This document shows, in pieces, positions 46,601 to 54,024 of a DNA stretch of 60,000 nt; the stretch's first letter is position 1; every line of letters starts with the position of its first letter. The DNA is taken from the NCBI RefSeq assembly GCF_018350175.1, contig NC_058383.1, forward strand, positions 6,202,001 to 6,262,000, in the 5' to 3' direction. This DNA comes from Felis catus. Its lineage: Eukaryota. The notes under the pieces were generated by a model that saw nothing but the letters and a program-made list of their open reading frames with translations, did not search any database and was not told where the DNA came from. The translations under genes and the position numbers were made by a program.

Positions 46601-47446
46601 TGAAACACATGTCCCGTGACACCCACTTGATTCCTTCCTGTCTCCACCCAAATGTGATCTTGTCACCAGCCCCCACCCCCTGCAAACCCCTCTGAGCCCG
46701 CCTTACCTGCTGTTTCTGCACAGTGCCCGTCACCACCGGGCATGTTGAACATTTCTCTGTTAGTACCAGAGCCCCATAAGGGCCAGGGGTGTTCACTCTA
46801 AGCTTCGGTGCTGGGAACGGGCCTGCCCAACCAAGCCCCTGTCAGGTGTGCAGGTGCTCATTTAAACGCTCGGCACCAGGAAGCAGCGTGACAGCAGCAG
46901 GTGCCCCTGGACACATGTGCCCCAGCTTTGCAGAAGACCAGACCAAACCCTGTGCCTTTGGGCCCTCGCTGCTCCAAGTGAGGAAGTGGTTTGTACCCCT
47001 GGGGGCCAGCCCCCCGCATCCGTCAGGCACACGCCGCGGCCCGGGTGCTGGGGCTGACCGGCCGCGACGGCTCACTGTGCTCGGGCTCCGCCTCCTTAGG
47101 GAGCTGCCCCTCTGGGTCGCTCCTGGTTAATCCAGGATTGTCTCGTTCTCTCTTGGCACAGGTGGATGGCATTCTGAAAACCGTGCTTCGGGACGAGATC
47201 ATTGCTTGGCACAAAAAAACGCAGGAGGACACCTCTTCTCCTCTCTCGGCCGCCGGCCAGCCCGAGAACATGGACAGCCAGCAGCTGGTCTCCCTGGTGC
47301 AGAAGGCCGTCACCGCCATCATGACCCGCCTGCACAACTTGGCCCAGTTCGAAGGCGGGGAGAGCAAAGTGAACACCCTGGTGGCCGCCGCAAACAGCCT
47401 GGACAACCTGTGCCGCATGGACCCCGCCTGGCACCCGTGGCTGTGA
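1396..47446 (+). CDS. TRRAP: TRRAP (transformation/transcription domain-associated protein), 3' portion of a multi-exon gene: 28 coding exons covering late HEAT repeats, FAT, pseudokinase and FATC domains; 5' exons lie upstream of the window
   Basis: Joined exons read ...[17 protein letters not shown]...[18 protein letters not shown]...[13 protein letters not shown]...[12 protein letters not shown], which I recognise as TRRAP. All introns are GT-AG, phases join correctly, and the 5133-nt total is a multiple of 3. Confidence 0.98.
2162..2287 (+). CDS. TRRAP: TRRAP exon 2: [13 protein letters not shown]...NPSQLF
   Basis: tttcag|GC acceptor; TTCG|gtgagt donor. Confidence 0.95.
3830..4063 (-). 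mobile_element. Can-SINE
   Basis: gcaggctccaggctctgagctgtcagcacagagccc...ccacccaggcacccc. Confidence 0.9.
4428..4574 (+). CDS. TRRAP: TRRAP exon 3: [14 protein letters not shown]...STEATS
   Basis: tcttag|GG acceptor; TCAG|gtgaca donor. Confidence 0.95.
4774..4985 (+). mobile_element. Can-SINE
   Basis: ggggcacctgggtggctcagtcggttaag head; TSD tgaatta(c/t)attcca on both sides. Confidence 0.92.
5467..5666 (+). CDS. TRRAP: TRRAP exon 4: [14 protein letters not shown]...SPMAASQ
   Basis: aagcag|GA acceptor (tandem AGs, start ambiguous by 3-6 nt); CAG|gtgagc donor. Confidence 0.92.
6266..6387 (+). CDS. TRRAP: TRRAP exon 5: [13 protein letters not shown]...LVNYVY(R)
   Basis: atacag|ACA acceptor; TACAG|gtaatg donor; too short for the ORF track, translated manually. 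Confidence 0.94.
6706..6919 (+). CDS. TRRAP: TRRAP exon 6: [15 protein letters not shown]...WIKQCIE
   Basis: tttcag|G acceptor; GAG|gtagga donor. Confidence 0.95.
8710..8889 (+). CDS. TRRAP: TRRAP exon 7: [11 protein letters not shown]...NSESKEE
   Basis: ttccag|CTG acceptor; GAA|gtaatg donor. Confidence 0.95.
8975..8995 (+). repeat. Poly-G run (21 G)
   Basis: Read directly. Confidence 0.9.
9080..9650 (-). mobile_element. LINE-1 3' end fragment (carnivore/L1MA-type)
   Basis: Minus-strand translation [29 protein letters not shown] is the L1 ORF2 C-terminus; L1 3'UTR motifs adjacent. Confidence 0.9.
10789..10935 (+). CDS. TRRAP: TRRAP exon 8: [11 protein letters not shown]...DTLREVK
   Basis: tcacag|GAC acceptor; AAG|gtctgt donor. 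Confidence 0.94.
11311..11752 (-). mobile_element. Older Can-SINE interrupted by a younger SINE
   Basis: Body at 11311-11473 resumes at 11726-11752 (caaccgactgagccacccaggcgcccc). Confidence 0.88.
11475..11711 (+). mobile_element. Young feline Can-SINE (SINEC_Fc-like), nested
   Basis: Near-consensus sequence with long A tail; TSD aagact(c/t)ggaccct at 11460-11473 and 11712-11725. Confidence 0.95.
13726..13930 (+). mobile_element. Can-SINE
   Basis: ggcgcctgggtggctcagtcggttaagc head; aataataaac tail. Confidence 0.9.
14136..14255 (+). CDS. TRRAP: TRRAP exon 9: [13 protein letters not shown]...LSDRQQH
   Basis: ccgtag|ACG acceptor; CAC|gtaagt donor; translated manually. Confidence 0.95.
14452..14739 (+). 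CDS. TRRAP: TRRAP exon 10: [13 protein letters not shown]...ITPPQQ
   Basis: ttgtag|GCT acceptor; CAG|gtgagg donor. Confidence 0.95.
14908..15045 (+). CDS. TRRAP: TRRAP exon 11: [10 protein letters not shown]...HGFFEQ (near start of FAT domain)
   Basis: tttcag|GAG acceptor; CAG|gtagcc donor. Confidence 0.95.
15686..15798 (+). CDS. TRRAP: TRRAP exon 12: [11 protein letters not shown]...WEDHWI(R)
   Basis: ctccag|GCG acceptor; TTCG|gtacgc donor; translated manually. Confidence 0.94.
16184..16319 (+). CDS. TRRAP: TRRAP exon 13: [11 protein letters not shown]...KEALVQ
   Basis: ttctag|G acceptor; CAG|gtgagg donor. Confidence 0.95.
16732..16926 (-). mobile_element. Can-SINE
   Basis: gagagagaatctcaagcagactcc...gagccacccaggtgtgccc; flanking tgagc(c/t)ccac repeats. 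Confidence 0.88.
19290..19481 (+). CDS. TRRAP: TRRAP exon 14: [12 protein letters not shown]...HTPLLQ
   Basis: caccag|GTG acceptor; CAG|gtgggt donor. Confidence 0.95.
20190..21140 (+). mobile_element. Old LINE-1 remnants: ORF1 piece (~20190-20380) abutting ORF2 end and 3'UTR (~20380-21140)
   Basis: gaagaaataagggctgaaaactgcccaagtttg (ORF1-like); cattaggaaaacgcaaatcaaaacc and ctgctggtgggattataaaatag (ORF2/3'UTR motifs). Confidence 0.8.
22067..22262 (+). CDS. TRRAP: TRRAP exon 15: [10 protein letters not shown]...RQHHYQ (alternative longer donor at 22295)
   Basis: attcag|GCA acceptor; CAGG|gtaaac donor, or TCAT|gtaatt 33 nt further. Confidence 0.93.
22889..23154 (+). CDS. TRRAP: TRRAP exon 16: [13 protein letters not shown]...GKNECMQ
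   Basis: ctctag|CG acceptor; CAG|gtacag donor. Confidence 0.95.
23688..23713 (+). repeat. (TTTG)n repeat forming the pyrimidine tract of exon 17
   Basis: Read directly. Confidence 0.85.
23720..23820 (+). CDS. TRRAP: TRRAP exon 17: [12 protein letters not shown]...LAQIN(K)
   Basis: aaacag|GGC acceptor; CAA|gtacgt donor; translated manually. Confidence 0.94.
24160..24366. mobile_element. MER58-like hAT/Charlie non-autonomous DNA transposon
   Basis: cagggg...ggccaaacccagcc...ttttataag...ttatcatctgg...ttacagaaaaagg...cctg follows the MER58A layout with CAGG/CCTG termini. Confidence 0.7.
24550..26870 (-). mobile_element. LINE-1 (L1MB-like) 3' UTR and ORF2 fragment
   Basis: ttcagtgggttttagtacattcacagagttgt 3' end; tcccagcaccattccttgaaaagac and gggtgttggatttcatcaaatgcttttcc ORF2 motifs. 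Confidence 0.88.
26323..26344 (+). repeat. (TG)n microsatellite
   Basis: Read directly. Confidence 0.9.
26890..27515 (+). mobile_element. LINE-1 3' UTR fragment, opposite orientation to the adjacent L1
   Basis: ggtgcaatcactgtggaaaatggtttg...tgagtgtactaaacgccattgaatt...ttaaaatg. Confidence 0.85.
27542..27743 (+). CDS. TRRAP: TRRAP exon 18: [11 protein letters not shown]...RKYLAK
   Basis: tctcag|A acceptor; AAG|gtgaga donor. Confidence 0.95.
28877..29041 (+). CDS. TRRAP: TRRAP exon 19: [10 protein letters not shown]...LNLISQ
   Basis: tcttag|GTG acceptor; CAG|gtgcga donor. Confidence 0.95.
29215..29441 (+). mobile_element. Can-SINE
   Basis: ggggcacctgggtggctcag head; TSD-like gtgat(c/t)gaagaat. 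Confidence 0.92.
30748..30838 (+). CDS. TRRAP: TRRAP exon 20: [11 protein letters not shown]...RERYKS
   Basis: gagcag|GTT acceptor; AGCG|gtatgt donor. Confidence 0.95.
32093..32292 (+). CDS. TRRAP: TRRAP exon 21: [26 protein letters not shown]...ENWHEE (alternative acceptor at 32147)
   Basis: tctcag|AT or catcag|AT acceptors; GAG|gtacgt donor. Confidence 0.93.
33082..33343 (+). CDS. TRRAP: TRRAP exon 22: [12 protein letters not shown]...KGQFTT
   Basis: cactag|GTT acceptor; ACCG|gtgagt donor. Confidence 0.95.
33795..33900 (+). mobile_element. MIR fragment (GC-rich, diverged)
   Basis: gaaccttggctcc...ctcccggggcctcagtcttcatctgccagacgggg resembles the MIR core. Confidence 0.5.
34510..34722 (-). 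mobile_element. Can-SINE
   Basis: gagagaatcccaagcaggctcc...ctgagacacccaggtgcccc. Confidence 0.9.
35235..35461 (+). mobile_element. Young feline Can-SINE
   Basis: Perfect 17-bp TSD aagattgacagaatgga (35218-35234 and 35462-35478). Confidence 0.95.
36749..36974 (+). CDS. TRRAP: TRRAP exon 23: [11 protein letters not shown]...YYIKIA(R)
   Basis: ttgaag|AT acceptor (AAG type); CTAG|gtaagt donor. Confidence 0.95.
37867..38084 (+). CDS. TRRAP: TRRAP exon 24: [10 protein letters not shown]...RHLFFT (pseudokinase N-lobe)
   Basis: gggcag|G acceptor; ACAG|gtatga donor. Confidence 0.95.
39084..39106 (+). repeat. (TG)n microsatellite
   Basis: Read directly. Confidence 0.9.
39342..39449 (+). mobile_element. 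Short Can-SINE (tRNA head plus A tail)
   Basis: ggggcacctggctagctgagtcagtagag...gagttcaagctccac...aaaaaaaa. Confidence 0.82.
39480..39748 (-). mobile_element. Can-SINE carrying a U6 fragment in its tail
   Basis: Head ...gagccacccaggtgcccc; TSD ttgatctaatatcttt on both sides. Confidence 0.92.
39523..39552 (-). pseudogene. U6 snRNA retro-fragment (U6 nt 1-30) inserted in a SINE tail
   Basis: Reverse complement reads GTGCTCGCTTCGGCAGCACATATACTAAAA, matching the U6 5' end; flanked by ~16-bp direct repeats (39511-39526 and 39553-39568). Confidence 0.92.
39770..39930 (-). mobile_element. MIR
   Basis: gtcccatttataaatgaagaaactgaag...cccaaggtcatg...tctggctccagggc. Confidence 0.8.
40529..40713 (+). 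CDS. TRRAP: TRRAP exon 25: [12 protein letters not shown]...TQASHQ
   Basis: cctcag|TT acceptor; CAG|gtaccg donor. Confidence 0.95.
41790..41972 (-). mobile_element. Can-SINE
   Basis: agagaatcccaagcaggctc...gactgagccacccaggcgcccc. Confidence 0.9.
41975..43650 (-). mobile_element. Old LINE-1 fragments, with a partial Can-SINE head at ~42067-42155
   Basis: aattcagtgtttccggcatattcacagagttgtgcag and catacctaggagtagaattg L1 3' motifs; distal part less certain. Confidence 0.7.
43655..43780 (+). mobile_element. 3'-truncated Can-SINE
   Basis: ggggcgcctggatggctcagtcggttaaacgtccgacttcggctcagg, no CT tract or A tail. Confidence 0.88.
44458..44661 (+). CDS. TRRAP: TRRAP exon 26: [10 protein letters not shown]...EMLQIAQ
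   Basis: ttgcag|GTC acceptor; CAG|gtaaag donor. Confidence 0.95.
44748..44942 (+). CDS. TRRAP: TRRAP exon 27: [12 protein letters not shown]...AQPNFK
   Basis: gtttag|GAC acceptor after an 86-nt intron; AAG|gtaggc donor. Confidence 0.95.
46206..46428 (+). mobile_element. Young feline Can-SINE
   Basis: Near-consensus; TSD aaaaacacatctgg (46192-46205 and 46429-46442). Confidence 0.95.
46450..46565 (-). mobile_element. MIR
   Basis: cagggaaattgagacacag...aaggtcaccc...gagctggggctagaacc. Confidence 0.75.
47162..47446 (+). CDS. TRRAP: TRRAP terminal coding exon: [10 protein letters not shown]...DPAWHPWL* (FATC domain)
   Basis: gcacag|GTG acceptor; TGA at 47444-47446; FATC-type C-terminus. Confidence 0.97.
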   Translation: MDGILKTVLRDEIIAWHKKTQEDTSSPLSAAGQPENMDSQQLVSLVQKAVTAIMTRLHNLAQFEGGESKVNTLVAAANSLDNLCRMDPAWHPWL

Positions 47447-48265
47447 GCGCGCCCGCCCTGCCGCCCAGAATGGGAAGCACGCCCGCCGGCTGCTGGGCCT
47501 CCTCTCTGCTTCACCCGCCGTGTTCACGGAGGCCCGACAGCGCGTGTGCGAACGCGGGTAAATGGAGTTCTAGAGGAGCTGCCTGTTATGGCGGCAGAGT
47601 GGAAACGTCTAGGCTTTTAAAATTCCCTTGTAGGAACCAGGACTCTCCGGTCTGGAATTTCTTTGTGAAACCTTTTTTATCGTACTCCTTCCTGCGTGTG
47701 AATGTACAGATGGAACTGTAGGAGACAATTCTATATTGTCCGTTTTTAACTCAGAAATGACACCTCACAGGAGCCTTGTGCTTTTGTACAGACCTTTGTA
47801 ACAAGTGTACAGAAAACCCACTTTGTTAGAGAAACAGGAAATTATGAACAAGTCGAGCTGGTTTTTCTCTAAGCACAGACTTTTATGCTGTACGTAACTG
47901 GCTCCGGGATCTCCTTGCGCATTGGATGTGGCTCAGCACGGCCTCGTCACCCTGCGGGGACGCCGTTCCTCACGCGGGGGATTCAGATCCCGCCGGGAGA
48001 AAACTGAGCCCCGGGGGCGGCAGGTGAATCTGAGGCTTTTCATCGGCTGGCTCTTCGGACGCCTTCTTGACATTTACTATCATTGTACCAGGAAAAAAAA
48101 CCTTTTCCTTCCTAATTTAAAAAGAAACAGCAAGAAAAGTTTGTCCGTTCACTCCAGTCTGTCATGTTCACATTTTTATAAATATGAGCATTGAGAATGT
48201 TCTATCTAAATTTGTACAGTGTGATTTTTTTTTTTTAGAATAAATATTTTATAAAAGGATGTGTC
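47447..48265 (+). other. TRRAP: TRRAP 3'UTR (3' end approximate)
   Basis: Repeat-free stretch after the stop, ending near AATAAA with U-rich upstream and GU-rich downstream sequence. Confidence 0.8.
48239..48244 (+). terminator. Polyadenylation signal AATAAA of TRRAP
   Basis: AATAAA preceded by TGTA (48213) and a T-run, followed by gtgtct. Confidence 0.8.
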
Positions 48266-49489
48266 TGCTCTTACATGTATGGAAATGCTTGTTTCCTCTG
48301 CCTGAGCGTCCATCAGCCCCTCAGGGACCGAGCCCCCTGGGCCAACACAGCCATGCTTCAGGGTGGCTTCCTGGGGATGGACAGACAGGTGACGCCTGGG
48401 AGGGGTCTTGGCTTGGAACTTGGGGGTCCGGACCCACGCTCAGCGTCTTCTGTGATGGCGATGAGGCTGGTCCTGACTCTGACGGTGTGAGACGTGTCTG
48501 GGAATCTGGTCCGTTTCGGCTTGGTTTCCCCACCTCAGGGCGGCTGCCAAGGGACCTGTGTACGCAGAGGGGAGGCGGCCCCGCCCCACCAGCGTGGTGT
48601 CCTTCCCCCGTGCATCCTTCATCCTGTGGGATGGGGGTGGACGGTGCAGAATGGAGGGGGAGGCAGTTCCTGAGCACGCGGTGTAACTCAGGTCCGAGGA
48701 TGAGAAACGGTGAAGCAGGACTGGGGAGGGACGGCAGTTGCTGCTTTAATTGTAAAATGAGGATTCTGAATTTTAAGGACTCACTCCATTGGGAAGCGCT
48801 TCGTCTGCTGTGAGGACAGCTTCACCCAAGTCAGGGCCTGGTCAGCAAGACCCCTTCCAGGGCCAGAACTCCAAGCCCTTCCCAGGCATCACCTTTCTTT
48901 TACTCCTCGTTGTGCCCCGTTGTCCCCAGGCGAGCACAGAGGGGAAGCCTGCAGCTGATTTCGTGCCGTCTCACCACGAAGTCCAGTCCCAGGCATGTAA
49001 ACCAGTGTGCCGTAAGAAGTGTAGACGATCGTGGGGGCTCCGGTTTGTGTGGGTGGCCGCAGGTGGGGCCGTTATACTGGGCGTTTGTCCTCAGAGGCAG
49101 ATGGGTCCGTGAGCCCCGAGGGGGTGGCCCTCAGAGGACGGGTTTCCAGCTCAGAGTGGGGAGTAGCCCTTGGAGAGTCGGCCGGGGGGTGTGGTGGCTG
49201 CAGAAGTGTGTGGATGGTGTTCGGAGAAGGGAAGTTGGTGTACTGAGGGCCCCGGGTTCTGTGCCAGGCTCACGACACCGTGCCCTCCGTGCTGCCCCTG
49301 GTTTCTAGGAAAGCCAGCCCTCGAACAGGCAGGAGGGTGTTCCTCAGCGGAGCTCCAGCTGGAAAGATCAGGGACCTGGAGTTGGGAGGCCAGAGCACGG
49401 GCTTGTTTGTGGGGGCCACACGTGGCGGGTGCCCCTTGTTCTCCAAGCACTATTGGAAGGTAAGTGCTGTTATTAGCCGCTTATTAATT

Positions 49490-51640
49490 ATCGGAAAATA
49501 AACATAAAATTCACCATTTTAACCACTTCTGAGTGTCTAGTTCGGGGACATAAAGCACATTCACATTGTCGTGTAACCCCCACCACCGGCGGTCTCCAGA
49601 ACTTCCTTCATCTTGCCAAACTGAAACTCTGCACCCATTAAACACTGACCCCCATCCCCCACCCTTGTACTTTCTGTCTCTGGTTGTGTCTAGGAATTTC
49701 CTGTAAGTAGAACCACATGGTATTTGTCCCGTGCCCGGCTTCCTTCCCTCAGCATATACATCAAGGTGCTTCTGTGTCGTGGCAGGTGTAAGAACTCCCT
49801 TTTTAAGGCTGGATGATATCGCGTCGCGTGGATATACCGTGTTTTGTTTGTTCGTCCGTCTACGGACACCTGGATTGCTCCTGTCTTCTGGTTACTGTGA
49901 ATGACGCTGCCGTGAACGTCGGTGTGCAAACACCTGCGGGACCCCCGGCATTTGGGTCTTCCAGGACTACCCACAGAAGCGGAGTTGCTGGACCAAACGG
50001 TAATTCTGTTTTTAATTTTTTGAACGACTGCCGTGTAGTTTTCCATAGCCGCCGCGCCACTTTAAACCCTTGCCACTGGCGTGTATACACGGGTTCCAGT
50101 TTCTCCCCGTCCTCGTCGACACTTGTTCCTTTGTTGTAATAACCATCCTAGGAGTGTAGAGCGGCGTCCACCTCCTTTGTGGCTTCGGTTTGCATTTCCC
50201 TTTGTGACTAGTGACTCTGAGCATCTTTTCACGGGCTTCCTGACCACTTGTGTATCTTCTTTGGAGAAACGTCTCTTCACGTCTTTTGTCCATTTCTTAA
50301 TTGTGTTGTTTGGGTCTTTTTTTTAAGTTGTAGGAGTTCTTTCTATGTTCTGGATACTGCCCTCCTTTTTTTATATTTATTTTGAGAGAAAGCGTGGGAG
50401 TAAGGAAGGGGCAGAGAGAGAGGGAGAGAGCGAATGCCAAGCAGGCTCTGCACGGTCAGCACAGAGCCTGATGTGGGGCTCAGTCCCACAACCATGAGAT
50501 CACGACCTGAGCTGAAATCAAGAGTTAGGCTGAACCACCCAGGTGCCGCTGGATACTAACCTCTTATCAGATAGATGATTCACTATTTTCGCCCACTTTG
50601 TGGGCCGTCCTTTCATTCTGTTGATAGTGCCCCTTCATGCAGAAGTTTTAAATTTTGATGTAGCCTGATTTATCTGGTTTTCTTTTGTTGCCTGTGCTCT
50701 TCGGTGCCATGTTCAAGGAATCATTGCCGAACCTAATGTCGCGAAGCTGCCTTTTCCCCTATGTTTCTCCTAAGACTCTTACAGTTTTATTCTTACGTGT
50801 AAATCTCTGATCCATTGTGAGTTAATTTTTATATATGGTATGAAGGGTTCGTGAGGGTTCAACCTCATTCTTTTGCATGTGGATATCCAGTTTTCCAAGT
50901 GCCATTTGTTGAAAGACTGCCTTTTCCCCCATGGAATGCTTGATTTGACCATATAAGAGGGGGCTTGTTTATGGGTTCTGTGTTCTATTCCACTGGTCTG
51001 TATGTCTGGATTGATTGATTGATTATTGATTATAATCTCTGCACCCAACATGGGGCTCAAACACTTGAGATCAAAAGTCTCACGATCTTCCCACTGAGTC
51101 AGCTGCGTACCCACTATATATGTCTGTATGTCAACACCAAACTATGATTATTGCTACAGCCTTGTCATATGTTTTGAAATCAGGAAGTGTGAGACCTCCA
51201 ACATTGTTCTTTTTTGAGGTTGTTTTGGCTAGTTGTGGGGTCCCTGAGATTCCATATTAATTTTAGGGTAGATGTTTCTATTTCTGGATTTTTGTAGGAG
51301 TTGCTTTGAATCTGTAGATCCTTCTGGATGGCAAAGACACCTTAGCAATATTAAGTCTTCCAATCCATGAACCTGAATGCCTTTCCATTTATTTTGTGTC
51401 TTCTTCAATTTCTTTCAGTTTATAATTGTATAGTTTTGAGTGTATAAGTGTTTTGTTTTCATGGTTAAGTTTATTCCTATTTTATTCATTTTGATGCTAC
51501 TACAAATGGAATTGTTTTCTTACTTTTCTCTTCGGGTTGTTCATTGTTCGCCTGTAGAAACACAACTGATTTTTGGTGTCGACTTTTTATCCTACAGCTT
51601 CAGTGAATTCGCTTTTTTAGTTCCAACAGTCTTTTTGTGC
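49490..51640 (-). mobile_element. LINE-1 (L1MB-like) 3' UTR/ORF2, interrupted by Can-SINEs at ~50365-50548 and ~51010-51113
   Basis: aaaattcaccattttaacc 3' end; ggatatccagttttccaag and gttttgaaatcaggaagtgtgag ORF2 motifs. Confidence 0.88.
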
Positions 51641-52153
51641 GTTTTTATCAGGAAGAAAAGACATTTCTTCCAAGATGGTGTTGGCATAAATTTTTTTAGG
51701 GGGAAAACCGTTTTAGTTGTCAGACAAACATGGTAAAAAGTCTGAAAAGATAGGTAGCTTTAGTTTAGATGGGGGAGAATAAGCTTGCAAAGGTGATGGG
51801 GGCACTTTAGGAGGGGAAACGAGTATTTTGATGGACACTTGGGCCCCTCTGGTGAATGAACCAGCTAACAGGGGCTGGAGGGGAGAAAAGGGTGAAAACC
51901 AGGGGGTGACAAACACTAGCTTATGAGCGTCTATGAGTTGGTGCTGAAATTTTTGCCCATCAGTAGAAAAGTGAAAAAAATTAATGCATCAAAGTTGAGG
52001 TTTCTTATGGATAATCAACCATAGTCTTTTATCGTGAAAAGTTGTGCTGTTAAAATGTCCTTATGAAATGAAATGCTAGTGTTACAGATAATTGTTACTA
52101 ATTTTTTATGTCATCTCTGACAAACTAAAGAATTAATAAATATATGCCAGCCT

Positions 52154-52370
52154 AGGGGCGCCTGAGTGGCTCAGTCGGTTGAGCGTCTGATTTCGGCTCA
52201 GGTCATGGTCTCAAGGTCTGTGAGTTCAAGCCCCACGTCGGGCTCTGTGCTGACAGCCTGGAGCCTGCTTCGGATTCTGTGTCTCCCTCTCACTCTGCCC
52301 CTCCCCCGCTCATGCTCTGTCTTTCTCTCTCTCTCTCTGTCGAAAATAAATAAACATTAAAAAAAATTTT
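52154..52370 (+). mobile_element. Can-SINE
   Basis: TSD aatatat(g/a)ccagccta; full head and tail. Confidence 0.92.
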
Positions 52371-52906
52371 AATATATACCAGCCTACTGATTATGGTCAG
52401 TATATTTTACTGGTCTATAAAACAGAAGAGTTTGGGAACTATGAGTCTAAACAAGTCATAATTATATAGGATTCTGTATAGTAGTAAGATAGTTCTTATC
52501 TTTAGCTTATTTTTAATTACAAAATTGAATGACAAGTCTAAAAAAAAAAAAACGTGTGAACCTACGTCGTGCATACATAAAAGATGAAAAATCTTAAAAT
52601 AACACCAAATATAATTCAGGACTATTTTTACTCCTACACTTCATGAATGTAGGGTGACAAAAACTTTTACGTCTTTTAGAATAACATGCATTATTTTTAG
52701 TCAATTATCTAGAGTTACTGTACTCATCTCAAATGTATCACAGTCTGCTTCCAAATGATATTATCCCACTTCGCTTACATTGCAATCCTACAACAGTAAA
52801 CTTCTGTTTCTCCCCTTCCATTCTCTGCGCTATTGATATTATAATTTTTACTTTTACATATGTTATTAACGTCACAACACGTTATTTTTACACTAGGTCA
52901 TACTTT

Positions 52907-53258
52907 CATTCTTATATATGTATGTACATTAAGTAATCTCTACACCCAAACGGGGGCTTGAACTCACGACTCCAAGATAGAGTCACATGCTCCACTGACT
53001 GAGCCACCAGCCAAGCGCCCCTAGACCATACTTTCTTTTTTTTTCTTTTTTAATTTTTTTTTAGGGTTTATTTATTTTTGAGAGAGACACAGTGAGAGTG
53101 AGGGAGGGGCATAGAGAGAGGGAGACACAGAATCCAAAGCAGGCTCCAGCCTCCGAGCTGCCAGCACAGAGCCCGACGTGGGGCTCGAACTCACAAACCA
53201 TGAGATCATGACCCGAGCGAACTCAGGTGCTTAACCGACTGAGCCACCCAGGCACCCC
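52907..53258 (-). mobile_element. Two tandem Can-SINEs (short ~52907-53020; full ~53035-53258)
   Basis: Two gagccacc...gc(g/a)cccc heads; the shared target motif appears three times. Confidence 0.88.
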
Positions 53259-53923
53259 TAGACCGTACTTTGTCAACAGGAGTAGTATTGTTCCCCTCTT
53301 ATGGGGGCTGATTTGATAAAAAATACCTAAAAGGCTCCTTAAGAAGATGGTATATATTTGTTTTTTGTTCTAACAATTTTTTGGTATGTATTTTCTTAGG
53401 TTTTTCTGTATGTAGGATTATGTTGGGTAGTGTTCTGCAGGGGTCTTTTGGGTATGATGGGTTTAGAGTTTTCATTACTGATCTTCAGTCTGCTTGTTCT
53501 GTGTATTATTGGAAGTGGAGTATTGGAAATGTCCCACACTTACCGTACAGCTATTTCTCCCTTTGATTCTGTCAATATTGGCTTCACATGTTTAGGAGCT
53601 CCGATAATTGGTGCGTGTATGTTTGTACCTGTTCTGTCTTCTTAGGGAATTGACCTTTTTATCATTATATGCTGCCCTTCTCTGCCTCTGAAATAGTTCC
53701 TATCTTAAAGTCTATTTTGTCTGACATCAATATAGCTACTCCTGCTCTCCTGTCATTACTGTTTTGTGTGGAATACCCCTTTTCATCCTTTAACTTTCAA
53801 GCCGTGTGTGTCCTTCTATCTAAAGTGAGTCTTGTGGACGGCGTGCAGATGGACCCTGGTTTTTTATCCATTCTGCCAATCTGTCTTATTATCATGGAGT
53901 TTAATTCGTTTACATTCACTTTT

Positions 53924-54003
53924 GTGCTTGCTTCGGAAGCACATATACTAAAGTTGGAAGGATGCAGAGAAGGTTAGCGTGGCCCCTGTGCAAGGATGAT
54001 ACG
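53924..54003 (+). pseudogene. U6 snRNA retropseudogene, 3'-truncated (U6 nt ~1-80)
   Basis: GTGCTTGCTTCGGAAGCACATATACTAAAGTTGGAAGGATGCAGAGAAGGTTAGCGTGGCCCCTGTGCAAGGATGATACG; 17-bp duplication cgtttacattcactttt at 53907-53923 and 54002-54018. Confidence 0.93.
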
Positions 54004-54024
54004 TTTACATTCACTTTTTCAAAT

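Noticed and set aside
1..47446. Intronic sca/snoRNA (I recall one hosted in the 5' part of human TRRAP)
   Set aside because: I could not identify a convincing box C/D or H/ACA structure in these introns by eye; an Rfam scan would be needed
46991..47721. Several overlapping sense and antisense ORFs of 140-170 aa around the last exon
   Set aside because: Expected from high GC content and codon bias of the TRRAP exon; no independent splice or start context
48259..49500. 184-aa and other ORFs downstream of the poly(A) signal
   Set aside because: GC-rich, G/P/R/W-biased peptides in many frames, with no recognisable domain
51640..52150. Unclassified segment between L1 and SINE, possibly a DNA-transposon remnant
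   Set aside because: No terminal repeats or family motif I could identify with confidence
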